A stretch of DNA of 64,000 nucleotides from Coriobacteriia bacterium (lineage in GTDB: Bacteria; Actinomycetota; Coriobacteriia; Anaerosomatales; SLCP01), in contig SKMN01000048.1 in the NCBI GenBank assembly GCA_007121015.1, forward strand, positions 1,666-65,665, written 5' to 3'. A program made the translations under genes and the position numbers. The notes under the pieces were generated by a model. That model was not told the origin of the DNA and did not search any database. It worked only from the letters and a program-made list of their open reading frames with translations. How positions within the stretch are numbered: the first letter of the stretch is position 1; every line of letters starts with the position of its first letter. Of the stretch, positions 36,995-45,038 are shown in pieces.

Positions 36995-38356
36995 ATGAAG
37001 CTGTCGGCGTACACAGATCTCAAGCCCGGACCTCTCGATGCGGACTTCCTCAACCTGCTCATCTTCGACATCGTCGGGGACATGCGCTCGGTGAGCCTGC
37101 CGCGAGGACACGTGTCCGAGGCGACGTTCACCGACGGCATCGGCTTCGACGCTTCCAATTACGGCTTCGCGAAGGTCGATCAGTCCGACATGGTCGCTGT
37201 CCCCGATTGCGACTCGGCGTGGCTCGAGGAGCGGGACGGGTTCCGCATCGTGCATGTGATCTGCGACGCGCTTACCGCGGACCGCGAGCCCTTCGACCAG
37301 TACCCGCGTGCCGTTGCCGCTCGCACCGCCGCCTACATCCAGGAGCAGGGGATCGCCGATGCCGCTCAGATGCTCGTCGAACTCGAGCTGTACGTCTTCG
37401 ATGCGCTCGAGTACTCTACCGGCCTGGATCACGCGACGTACTCGGTGGGGTCTGCCGAGGGCCTCGGTGAGGGGTACAACAAGCAGCAGCGCTTCGCCCC
37501 CCTCAAGGGCTACCACAAACTGCCGCCCGAGGACCGCTTCTTCGACTACCGGAACAATGCCGTCCGGCTCATGGAGGATGCGGGTATCGCGGTGAAGTAC
37601 CACCACCATGAGGTGGGCGCTTCGCAGCTCGAGATCGAACTCGACCTCATGGACCTCATGAGGGCTGCCGACAGCACGGCCATCGCCAAGTGGATCCTCC
37701 GTTCGATCGCCGAGGAGATGGGCTTCAAGGTCACGTTCATGGCCAAGCCGCTCTACAAGAAGCCGGGCAGCGGCATGCACGTCCACCAGTACCTCGAGAA
37801 AGATGGTGAGAGCCTCTTCCCCGGTGACGGGTTGCACGGGCTTTCGAAGAAGGGGCTCTCGTATACCGCAGGCCTGCTCGAGCACAGCTTGTCCGGAAGT
37901 CTGCTCGCGTTCACGAACCCGAGCACCAACAGCTTCCGCCGTCTCGTGCCCGGTTACGAGGCACCCATCAGCGCCACGTTCGCGAAGGGTTCGCGGACCG
38001 CGGCTGTACGCATCCCCGGGTACCTGAAGGCCGATCAAGTCCGCGTGGAGTACCGGACCGGCGACGCCTCGGCGAACACGCACTACATGCTCGCGGCGAT
38101 GGTGCTTGCGGGTGTCGACGGCATACTGCGCGATGCAGATCCGGTCGCGTTGGGCTTCAACAGCCCCGAGGCCATGCACGAGAAGGTGTTCCCGCTCAAC
38201 CTACGCTCGGTGCTCAAGGGCTTGGAGGCGGACAACGAGTGGCTCAAGCCGGCGTTTCCCGACAAGCTGCTTGAGGTCTGGGCGGAGCGTAAGCGTGAGG
38301 AGGCGGACTACGTGTACAACGCGCCCACGCCGCAAGAGTACGAGCTGTACTTCTAG
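36995..38356 (+). CDS. Glutamine synthetase family protein (type I-like catalytic domain)
   Basis: It has KYHHHEVGASQLEIEL, KPLYKKPGSGMHVHQ, NSFRRLVPGYEAP and RVEYRTGDASANTHY. Substrate specificity (Gln versus gamma-glutamyl-amine) cannot be read from the sequence. Confidence 0.8.
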   Translation: MKLSAYTDLKPGPLDADFLNLLIFDIVGDMRSVSLPRGHVSEATFTDGIGFDASNYGFAKVDQSDMVAVPDCDSAWLEERDGFRIVHVICDALTADREPFDQYPRAVAARTAAYIQEQGIADAAQMLVELELYVFDALEYSTGLDHATYSVGSAEGLGEGYNKQQRFAPLKGYHKLPPEDRFFDYRNNAVRLMEDAGIAVKYHHHEVGASQLEIELDLMDLMRAADSTAIAKWILRSIAEEMGFKVTFMAKPLYKKPGSGMHVHQYLEKDGESLFPGDGLHGLSKKGLSYTAGLLEHSLSGSLLAFTNPSTNSFRRLVPGYEAPISATFAKGSRTAAVRIPGYLKADQVRVEYRTGDASANTHYMLAAMVLAGVDGILRDADPVALGFNSPEAMHEKVFPLNLRSVLKGLEADNEWLKPAFPDKLLEVWAERKREEADYVYNAPTPQEYELYF

Positions 38357-38416
38357 GCTGCGCGCTCCCATATCGCCCATCGATGAGATCGCGCCGTCAG
38401 AGAGGCTGATGCCCGC

Positions 38417-38908
38417 ATGAGCGAAAGGCCTTCCGTGAAGACGAACCTGTCGCAGCGCATACCCAATTACACGAGGTTCGTCGTGGCCATCCCGGTACTC
38501 GGCCTGTTCGCGAGTGCCGTCACACTCACGGTCATGGCTGCGGTCGAGACCGCGAACGTCATCGGCCAGGCCGCGGTGGGCGAGCTCCTCAAGAAGGATG
38601 CGGTACTCGAGTTCATCGAGCTGGCCGATGTGTTCCTACTGGCGACCGTCCTCTATATCATGTCGCTCGGCCTCTACGAATTGTTCATCGACGACTCGGC
38701 GCCGCTGCCCGACTGGCTGTCGATCACGTCACTCGACGACCTCAAGAGCAAGCTCGTAGGCGTGGTCGCGGTGGTGCTCGCGGTCTCGTTCCTCGGCTCG
38801 GTCATCAAAGGGATCGACCCGCAGGCGCTTGCGTTCCAGGGGGTCGGCATCGCAGCGGTCGTTGCGGCGATGGCCTACTTCCTCGGTAGTGGTAAGAACT
38901 CAAAGTAG
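38417..38908 (+). CDS. YqhA/UPF0114-family membrane protein
   Basis: It has four TM segments and the pattern LEFIELADVFLLATVLYIMSLGLYELFID...LDDLKSKLVGVV. Confidence 0.6.
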   Translation: MSERPSVKTNLSQRIPNYTRFVVAIPVLGLFASAVTLTVMAAVETANVIGQAAVGELLKKDAVLEFIELADVFLLATVLYIMSLGLYELFIDDSAPLPDWLSITSLDDLKSKLVGVVAVVLAVSFLGSVIKGIDPQALAFQGVGIAAVVAAMAYFLGSGKNSK

Positions 38909-38934
38909 AGACGACGGCAAGGGGAGAGTGTGAC

Positions 38935-39492
38935 ATGGCTGTCGAGTTGTTCGTGACCGATCGTGATGTACTGCGGCAGCGTGGATGGCCGACCATATTG
39001 TGGGGAGTCGCGATGCTGTTGTTCGGTGTCGCGGTGCTGGCGTGGCCGGAACCCACCGGGACGGTTCTCGTCACCCTCATCGGAGCCGTGATACTCGCTG
39101 TCGGGTTCGCGCTCACCTACGGAGCGTGGCGTCTGCGCGAGGTCGCGGAACGCCTGTGGGTCGTCTCTCTCATACCAGCACTCATCGTGACGGCCTTCGG
39201 CCTCATAGTGCTGGCGTTTCCCGATGAGGTCGGGACCGTGCTCCTCGTAGTCGTGGCGGTATTCGTCATCATCGCCGGTATCGGTGACGTCGCGTCCTCG
39301 TTTGCCCTCATCCCGATGGTCGGCTGGTGGTGGGTGCGGCTGCTGCGTGGCGCACTGTTGGTCGGGGCCGGGGCCTGGCTGATCCTGAGCGATATCTCGG
39401 GTCTGCTTGCGATCGGGGTGCTTGTCGGCGTGTGGGCACTGCTCCTCGGCGCGATAACGATCGCGTTCGGCGTACTGGCGCTGCGCGCCTGA
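38935..39492 (+). CDS. HdeD/DUF308-family membrane protein
   Basis: It has six TM segments with the repeated G..LL.GV.VL.WP pattern. Confidence 0.6.
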   Translation: MAVELFVTDRDVLRQRGWPTILWGVAMLLFGVAVLAWPEPTGTVLVTLIGAVILAVGFALTYGAWRLREVAERLWVVSLIPALIVTAFGLIVLAFPDEVGTVLLVVVAVFVIIAGIGDVASSFALIPMVGWWWVRLLRGALLVGAGAWLILSDISGLLAIGVLVGVWALLLGAITIAFGVLALRA

Positions 39493-39575
39493 GGCCGTCT
39501 GGTCCGCGGCGATCACCTGTGGAGATGAGGGTAGGAACTACACGACGAAGTCACGCGAACCAAGGAGGCTCGATC

Positions 39576-39734
39576 ATGGAGGTCAAGGATGGCGACGTAC
39601 TGGTCTGCACCTGCGAGGACTGCGACATAGAGCTGACCGTCACGCGCACGTGCTCTGGCGACACGTGCACTCACGAGACCGAGTGTGAACTGTCGGTGAT
39701 GTGTTGCGGTCGCCCGATGCAGGTCAAAGAGTGA
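39576..39734 (+). CDS. Cys-rich 52-aa protein with a desulforedoxin-like CxxC...CCG..M signature
   Basis: The translation is MEVKDGDVLVCTCEDCDIELTVTRTCSGDTCTHETECELSVMCCGRPMQVKE. A strong RBS AAGGAGG lies 7 nt upstream. It is an internal start within ORF 39327-39734. Confidence 0.6.
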   Translation: MEVKDGDVLVCTCEDCDIELTVTRTCSGDTCTHETECELSVMCCGRPMQVKE

Positions 39735-39783
39735 GGTGAGCGAGCGCCGCGCGATCGGCGAGGGGTGAGTCGGAGGTATACGG

Positions 39784-41010
39784 ATGGGCGTAGAGCTTCC
39801 GATCGAAGACCCAATACTCCAATTCACGGTGCTCGTGGGCATCGCCCTCGTCGTCCAAGCAGTCTTCAAACGGATCCATATCCCGGGACTCGTCGGTCTA
39901 CTCGCGGCAGGCATGCTCATCGGGCCCGACGGGTTCGGGGTCCTTCCCGAGGGCACGGTCGTGGAACTGCTCGGGTCGATAGGCCTGCTCTACATCATGT
40001 TCCTCGCGGGACTCGAGATAGATCTCGACGTGGTCAAGGAGCACCGGGAAGAGTCGGCCGCCGTCGGCCTCCTCACGTTCGCCCTCCCGATGCTGTTCGT
40101 GGCGGGAGTCGGCGTGGCGATGGGCTACGGCTGGTCCGGGGTGCTGCTTCTCGGCGCCGCTCTCTCGTCGCACACGCTGGTCGCCTACCCGATGCTCGAG
40201 CAGATGCGCTTGCTGAGCCGCAGACCGGTCGTCGCGGCTGTGGGCGGCACGCTCGTGACCGATACGCTGGCGCTGCTCCTGCTGGTCGTGATCATCCGAA
40301 GGGCGACCCACGAGGGTTCCGATGTCCTCGGCTGGTCGGGGCCGATACTGCTGCTCGCGGTGCTCGTCACGGTGTCGTTGCTTCTCGTCCCGCGCGTCGC
40401 GCGGGCCTTCATGGAGCGGATCGACACCGAGCAGGCTCTCGGCGCACTCTTCGCTCTCGCCGTGCTGATGCTGCTATCTGCTGGAGCGGGGCTGATCGGG
40501 ACCGAGGAGATACTGGGGGCCTTCCTCGCGGGGGTGTGTCTCAACACCGCGGTGCGGCGTCACCGTGTGCTGAGCGAGCACATCCAGTTCGTCGGGCGCA
40601 TGTTGTTCATACCATTCTTCTTCATCTCGACGGGTATGCTGCTCGAACTCGAAGTGTTCATCGAATCGACCGACACGTGGGTGCTCGCTGCAGGACTGCT
40701 CGGAGCTGTCGTGCTCGGCAAAGGTGGCGCTGCGTGGTTCGCGGGCCGCGTGTTCTCATACTCGCCGATGTGGCGCACTATGATCTTCGGGTTGACGATC
40801 CCCCAGGCGGCCGCGACGTTGGCCGTCGTCGTCATCGCGCAGCAGGCGGGCTTGCTCGATGCCCGTGCGGTGGATGCGGTGATCATCGTGATCTTCCTTA
40901 CCTGCACCGCGGGACCGTTGATCACGGAGTACACCGGCAGCCGGGTCCTCGACCGCGACTTCCGGGGCGACATCCTGGTCGTGGACCCCGAGCAGGAGGG
41001 GAGAGGGTGA
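39784..41010 (+). CDS. Cation:proton antiporter (CPA2/Kef-type Na+/H+ exchanger family), no RCK domain
   Basis: The N-terminus PILQFTVLVGIALVVQAVFKRIHIPGLVGLLAAGMLIGP and about 12 TM segments fit the family. Confidence 0.82.
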   Translation: MGVELPIEDPILQFTVLVGIALVVQAVFKRIHIPGLVGLLAAGMLIGPDGFGVLPEGTVVELLGSIGLLYIMFLAGLEIDLDVVKEHREESAAVGLLTFALPMLFVAGVGVAMGYGWSGVLLLGAALSSHTLVAYPMLEQMRLLSRRPVVAAVGGTLVTDTLALLLLVVIIRRATHEGSDVLGWSGPILLLAVLVTVSLLLVPRVARAFMERIDTEQALGALFALAVLMLLSAGAGLIGTEEILGAFLAGVCLNTAVRRHRVLSEHIQFVGRMLFIPFFFISTGMLLELEVFIESTDTWVLAAGLLGAVVLGKGGAAWFAGRVFSYSPMWRTMIFGLTIPQAAATLAVVVIAQQAGLLDARAVDAVIIVIFLTCTAGPLITEYTGSRVLDRDFRGDILVVDPEQEGRG

Positions 41011-41014
41011 GGGC

Positions 41015-42325
41015 TTACTTCGAGGACGGGGACTCGAATTCGAAGGTGAGCATCTGCGTGAGGCGCTCGTACTTCTCCTCGAGGTCGTCTTCATCGGCCC
41101 CGCCGAGGTAGGCGACGGCGTACTCGTAGCTGTAACTGTCCTGTTCGACCATCTCTCCGAGGACCGTTCCTGGCTGGACACGGAGTTCGAGATGCAGCTC
41201 CGGGAACTCCTCACGCGCTTGCTCGACCTCTTCATCGGAGGGGATGGCCGTGACGACACCATCCTCGAAGCGGCGCAGCATGAACTTCGCGGCGCATGCG
41301 AACTCTCCTTCGCCGCGCGGGTAGTCGGGCCGACGCCCGAGCGATAGTTCGACGGCGACCTCGTTATGAGGGGTGCCCTCCACCATCTGGAAGATAGGGC
41401 TGTGGGCGCCACTGATCCGAGCGTTCGTCTCGAGCACCCACACCTTGTCGGTGTCCTCGTCGTAGAAGAACTCCATGTTGAAGGGACCGTTGTCGTATCC
41501 GGTACGTCGCAGGATCTTGTGGGCCGCGGCGACCATGCGGTCCTGCACCTTCCGGGGCAACCTCGAGGGGTACTGGTACCGGACGAAGCTCGATCCGCCT
41601 TCCGCCCGCACCGAGTCGACCACACCGTATACGAGCGGTTCGCCGTCGTACACGTAACCTTCGAGGGTGCACTGCTTGTCCGAGGAGATGATCTCTTCGG
41701 CGACGCAGTGATAGCCATCGGCCTCGGCGATCTCCGGAGGGATGTCGGCGAATCCGAGAAGGTGGTTGAAGGGTTCGGCGAAACGGCCGATCCCGTCCCG
41801 GATCTGTTCGAGGGCACGGCGCAGGTCGTCATCGCTCTCGATGAGGAACCCGAGGACCGAGGCATACGACCTCACCGGCTTGATCCAGAACGGGTAGTCG
41901 AGGGCGATGTCTCCCGCGCCATCGACGTCGTAGGGGTCGACCAGAGCGAATCGGGGGACATGCTCGGGCACGACGGCCTGTTGCTCGACGCGGCTCCAGT
42001 ACTTGTGCTCGCAGCGCAGCACGCTCTCGAGCGAAGGTCCGGGGAGGCCGAGTGCTTCTCGGAGGATCGGAGCCATCGTCGAGGACGGGAAGTCACGGTG
42101 CGTGAGCAGTCCGTCGATCCGTTCCGGGAATGCTCGCAGTGTCCCCTCGGCCTCCTCGAGCAGTTCGGCGACCGGGTAGTGGGACGCGCCGTACACCTGG
42201 TTGGCTGAAAGGAGTGGATGGAAACGGTACCGGTGGGCGTTGCGTATCGCTTCGAAGTACCGCATCGAGTAGCTGTGCGAGGGGTCGGACTCGACGACCC
42301 CTATCACGAAGACGTTCTCGGCCAT
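41015..42325 (-). CDS. ATP-grasp domain carboxylate-amine ligase-like protein
   Basis: It has the central block YPFWIKPVRSYASVLGF and FNMEFFYDEDTDKVWVLETNARISG. The substrate is unknown. Confidence 0.6.
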   Translation of the reverse strand: MAENVFVIGVVESDPSHSYSMRYFEAIRNAHRYRFHPLLSANQVYGASHYPVAELLEEAEGTLRAFPERIDGLLTHRDFPSSTMAPILREALGLPGPSLESVLRCEHKYWSRVEQQAVVPEHVPRFALVDPYDVDGAGDIALDYPFWIKPVRSYASVLGFLIESDDDLRRALEQIRDGIGRFAEPFNHLLGFADIPPEIAEADGYHCVAEEIISSDKQCTLEGYVYDGEPLVYGVVDSVRAEGGSSFVRYQYPSRLPRKVQDRMVAAAHKILRRTGYDNGPFNMEFFYDEDTDKVWVLETNARISGAHSPIFQMVEGTPHNEVAVELSLGRRPDYPRGEGEFACAAKFMLRRFEDGVVTAIPSDEEVEQAREEFPELHLELRVQPGTVLGEMVEQDSYSYEYAVAYLGGADEDDLEEKYERLTQMLTFEFESPSSK

Positions 42326-42451
42326 GCGGCTCCTTCGTGTCCAGGTGAGTGCGGTACGGCTGACACCTTAGATATTCCCATCGGCGCGCGATCGCGCTGG
42401 GTACCGCATCACGCCAGGACGGTATCGTGACGTTTCTGGCGACAGGAGAGC

Positions 42452-45025
42452 TTACCGTGCTGCGAGCAGGACCGCCAAAAGGACCACGAGCATGATGGAG
42501 AGGGCGAGATCGAGGTCTCGGGTAACGGCGTTCGAGACCCGCCTCAGCGTCACGATGCGCTCCTGCTCGGGCCGGTCCTCGCCCCAGTCGGTGCGCTCTC
42601 TCGTGAACGCCGCGACGACGAGCTGGACGATGTCGGTGATCCAGGCGCCGAGCGTTCTTGGAAGCGGCGAAGCGGACGGCGAGGTGTCTGGCTGGACCGT
42701 CGGAGACGGGCCGAGAGGCCCCTGCGTATGCCAGCCGGGCGGCATCGTGCGTGCGATGTTCCCGGCGAAGTCCTCGGAGTGAAGGATCCGCACGACGAGT
42801 GTCGACATGTGCGGGATCACGTTCTCCCCTGCCATCCTGCGCAGGGCCAGGTCGTGCACGGCGGCGATGATGGTCTCTCTCGTGCGGTCCCCCGCCTCTC
42901 TCAGGGCGATCTCGACGGCTTCAAGAGAGCGCTCGGGATCGGATCGCACCATCCTCGTCGCCGTGGCGATGCGGTCGTTGCGCACCCGCCACGCGGTGTA
43001 GTCGACGATGTCTCGCACGGCATCGATGTACTCGTCGCAGCCTCGTCCCGGGCACGCCGGCGCCTCGCGTTGCCGTTCCTCGGCATGTGCCACGGCGTGT
43101 TCGACCGTGGCGACGCGATCGTCTTCCAGCACGTCACTGATGTGCTGGAAGACGATCGCTGCATGCCTGTCCGGCGAGCCCTCGACGATCGTCGCGATAG
43201 CGCGCTGCCTAGCCCTGCGCCACCGGAGTCGCATGAGTGAGGCACTCGCCGACGCCGACCGGATGGCCCGTGAGGTCGAAACGATGTGCGCCTCGTAGCG
43301 GGTGCCAGCGAGACTCGCCACCTGCAGCCCAGCCTCGATGGAGCGGTCGTACCAGTAGTCGATCGAGGCCCAGCGGGGGACACGTGCGCGAGACACGTCT
43401 ACGCGCGCATCGAGCGCGAAGATGGCGGCGCCCATCGCGAGGGCGAGCAGTGAGAAGCCGGCGTGCTCCCAGGTGAACTGGCGGTAGGAGACGAGTACCG
43501 ACGGGTCGAGACCGAACCCCTGCACGGCCGGGGTGATGGTGCTGTGCAGCAAGACCAGCGGCGCCCACCCTATGGCGAGCATCGCCGCACTCAGCGCGAC
43601 CATCCCCGCCAGCATGCGTGGTGACGCGTCCGCTACCTTCTTCAGCCCGGCGTTCGCCGGGCCACCGAACGTCATCCAGAGCAGTTTCGCGAGTACCGCG
43701 ACCGTTCCGCCGCCGGCGAGCACGAAGGCGGCTTCGAAGGGGCCGATCGCGCCGAGGAGGCGCACCGGTTCGGCTGCCTCGACAGCGTGGTGCAGGAGCG
43801 ACTTGCTCACGAATCCGTTGAGCAAGGGGAGCCCGGTTATCCCGGCGGTTGCGACGACCATGACGGTCAGCGTCTTTGGCATGCTGCGCCACAACCCGCC
43901 GAGGCGGCGCAGTTCCGTCGTGCCCGCATTCTTGAGGACGGCGCCCGCGCCGAGGAAGAGCGCGGCCTTGTAGAGCGCGTGGTTCACGATGTGATAGAGG
44001 CTGCCGGACAGGCCGTACGCGGCCGAGCGGTCACCCGTCAGATACGCCGCCGCCCCGAGTCCGGCGATGACGAAGCCGATCTGGCTGATGCTGCTGTACG
44101 CGAGCATCCGCTTCATGTCGTCTTGCGCAAGGGCGATGGCTACCCCGGCGATCGCCCCGGTCAGGCCTACCACGAGCAGCACGAGGCCCGCAGCCGCACT
44201 GGGATCGACGGAGAGGTCTATCCCTTCGGCAGGCACGAGCAGCATGTACAGCGTGCGCAAGATACCGTACGCACCTGTCTTGATGAGGACGCCCGAGAGC
44301 AGCGCGCTTGCCGGGGACGGGGCCACCGAGTGTGCGTCGGGAAGCCAGATATGCACCGGGAGCATACCCGCTTTGACGCCGAAGCCGAGTACCAGGAGTG
44401 CGGCCGCCAGCCAGCGCAGCGCCGACGTGTCCTCCTGGAAGGGGACGGGAGCGAGCGAATCGCCGCCACCGATGTGGAAAGTGAGCAGCACTCCTGCCAG
44501 CAGAAGGAAACCGCTCGCGATCGTCAGGACGAGGTACTTCGCGGCCGCCCGCTCCGCCTTTCCGGTACGCTTGTGCACCACGAACAGATAGGCGAGGAGA
44601 CCCATGAGCTCGAAGGCGAGGAAGAGCGTCACGAGGTCTCCTGCGAGCACGACCCCCATCGTCGCGCCCAGCGTCGCCAGCGCGGTGACGTGGAATCGGC
44701 TCGAGTCGTCGTCGTCTCGCAGGTAGTCGAGCGAGTGCACGGCGCAGCATGTCCACACGAAGGCGACGACGACCGTCAACAGGTGCGCGAACAGGTCGAG
44801 TGTCAGGGTCGCTTCGGCTAGCAGGAACGGGACCGACACGTGCAGCGGGTAGACGCCACTCGCGACCGGCACGAGCGCGACCGCAGCGACGAGGGTCGCC
44901 GAACTGGCCGCCACGACGAGCGCATCGCGCTGCCGACCCGCTCCGCCTACCACCCCTACGAGCGCCGCCCCGGCGAACGGGAGGCCTACGAGCGCGAGTA
45001 CGAGGGCCGTCATCGGACTCGGCAT
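42452..45025 (-). CDS. MrpA/NuoL-like antiporter-type subunit with a roughly 300-aa hydrophilic C-terminal extension and a terminal TM helix
   Basis: The proton-antiporter core has LAFELMGLLAY, HIWLPDAHSVAPSPASALLSGVLIKTG and HIVNHALYKAALFLGAG. The start was chosen at the ATG 6 nt after GAGGAGG and 14 nt after the upstream stop; the ORF opens at 45097. Confidence 0.82.
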   Translation of the reverse strand: MPSPMTALVLALVGLPFAGAALVGVVGGAGRQRDALVVAASSATLVAAVALVPVASGVYPLHVSVPFLLAEATLTLDLFAHLLTVVVAFVWTCCAVHSLDYLRDDDDSSRFHVTALATLGATMGVVLAGDLVTLFLAFELMGLLAYLFVVHKRTGKAERAAAKYLVLTIASGFLLLAGVLLTFHIGGGDSLAPVPFQEDTSALRWLAAALLVLGFGVKAGMLPVHIWLPDAHSVAPSPASALLSGVLIKTGAYGILRTLYMLLVPAEGIDLSVDPSAAAGLVLLVVGLTGAIAGVAIALAQDDMKRMLAYSSISQIGFVIAGLGAAAYLTGDRSAAYGLSGSLYHIVNHALYKAALFLGAGAVLKNAGTTELRRLGGLWRSMPKTLTVMVVATAGITGLPLLNGFVSKSLLHHAVEAAEPVRLLGAIGPFEAAFVLAGGGTVAVLAKLLWMTFGGPANAGLKKVADASPRMLAGMVALSAAMLAIGWAPLVLLHSTITPAVQGFGLDPSVLVSYRQFTWEHAGFSLLALAMGAAIFALDARVDVSRARVPRWASIDYWYDRSIEAGLQVASLAGTRYEAHIVSTSRAIRSASASASLMRLRWRRARQRAIATIVEGSPDRHAAIVFQHISDVLEDDRVATVEHAVAHAEERQREAPACPGRGCDEYIDAVRDIVDYTAWRVRNDRIATATRMVRSDPERSLEAVEIALREAGDRTRETIIAAVHDLALRRMAGENVIPHMSTLVVRILHSEDFAGNIARTMPPGWHTQGPLGPSPTVQPDTSPSASPLPRTLGAWITDIVQLVVAAFTRERTDWGEDRPEQERIVTLRRVSNAVTRDLDLALSIMLVVLLAVLLAAR

Positions 45026-45038
45026 GTGCGACCTCCTC

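Noticed and set aside
36821-38179. 452-aa ORF antisense to the glutamine-synthetase-family gene
   Set aside because: It is a shadow ORF. The plus-strand frame has the GS catalytic motifs.
39765-41111. 448-aa plus-strand ORF in an alternative frame over the CPA2 antiporter gene
   Set aside because: It is extremely Arg/Gly/Pro-rich. The overlapping frame at 39784-41010 encodes a coherent 12-TM antiporter.
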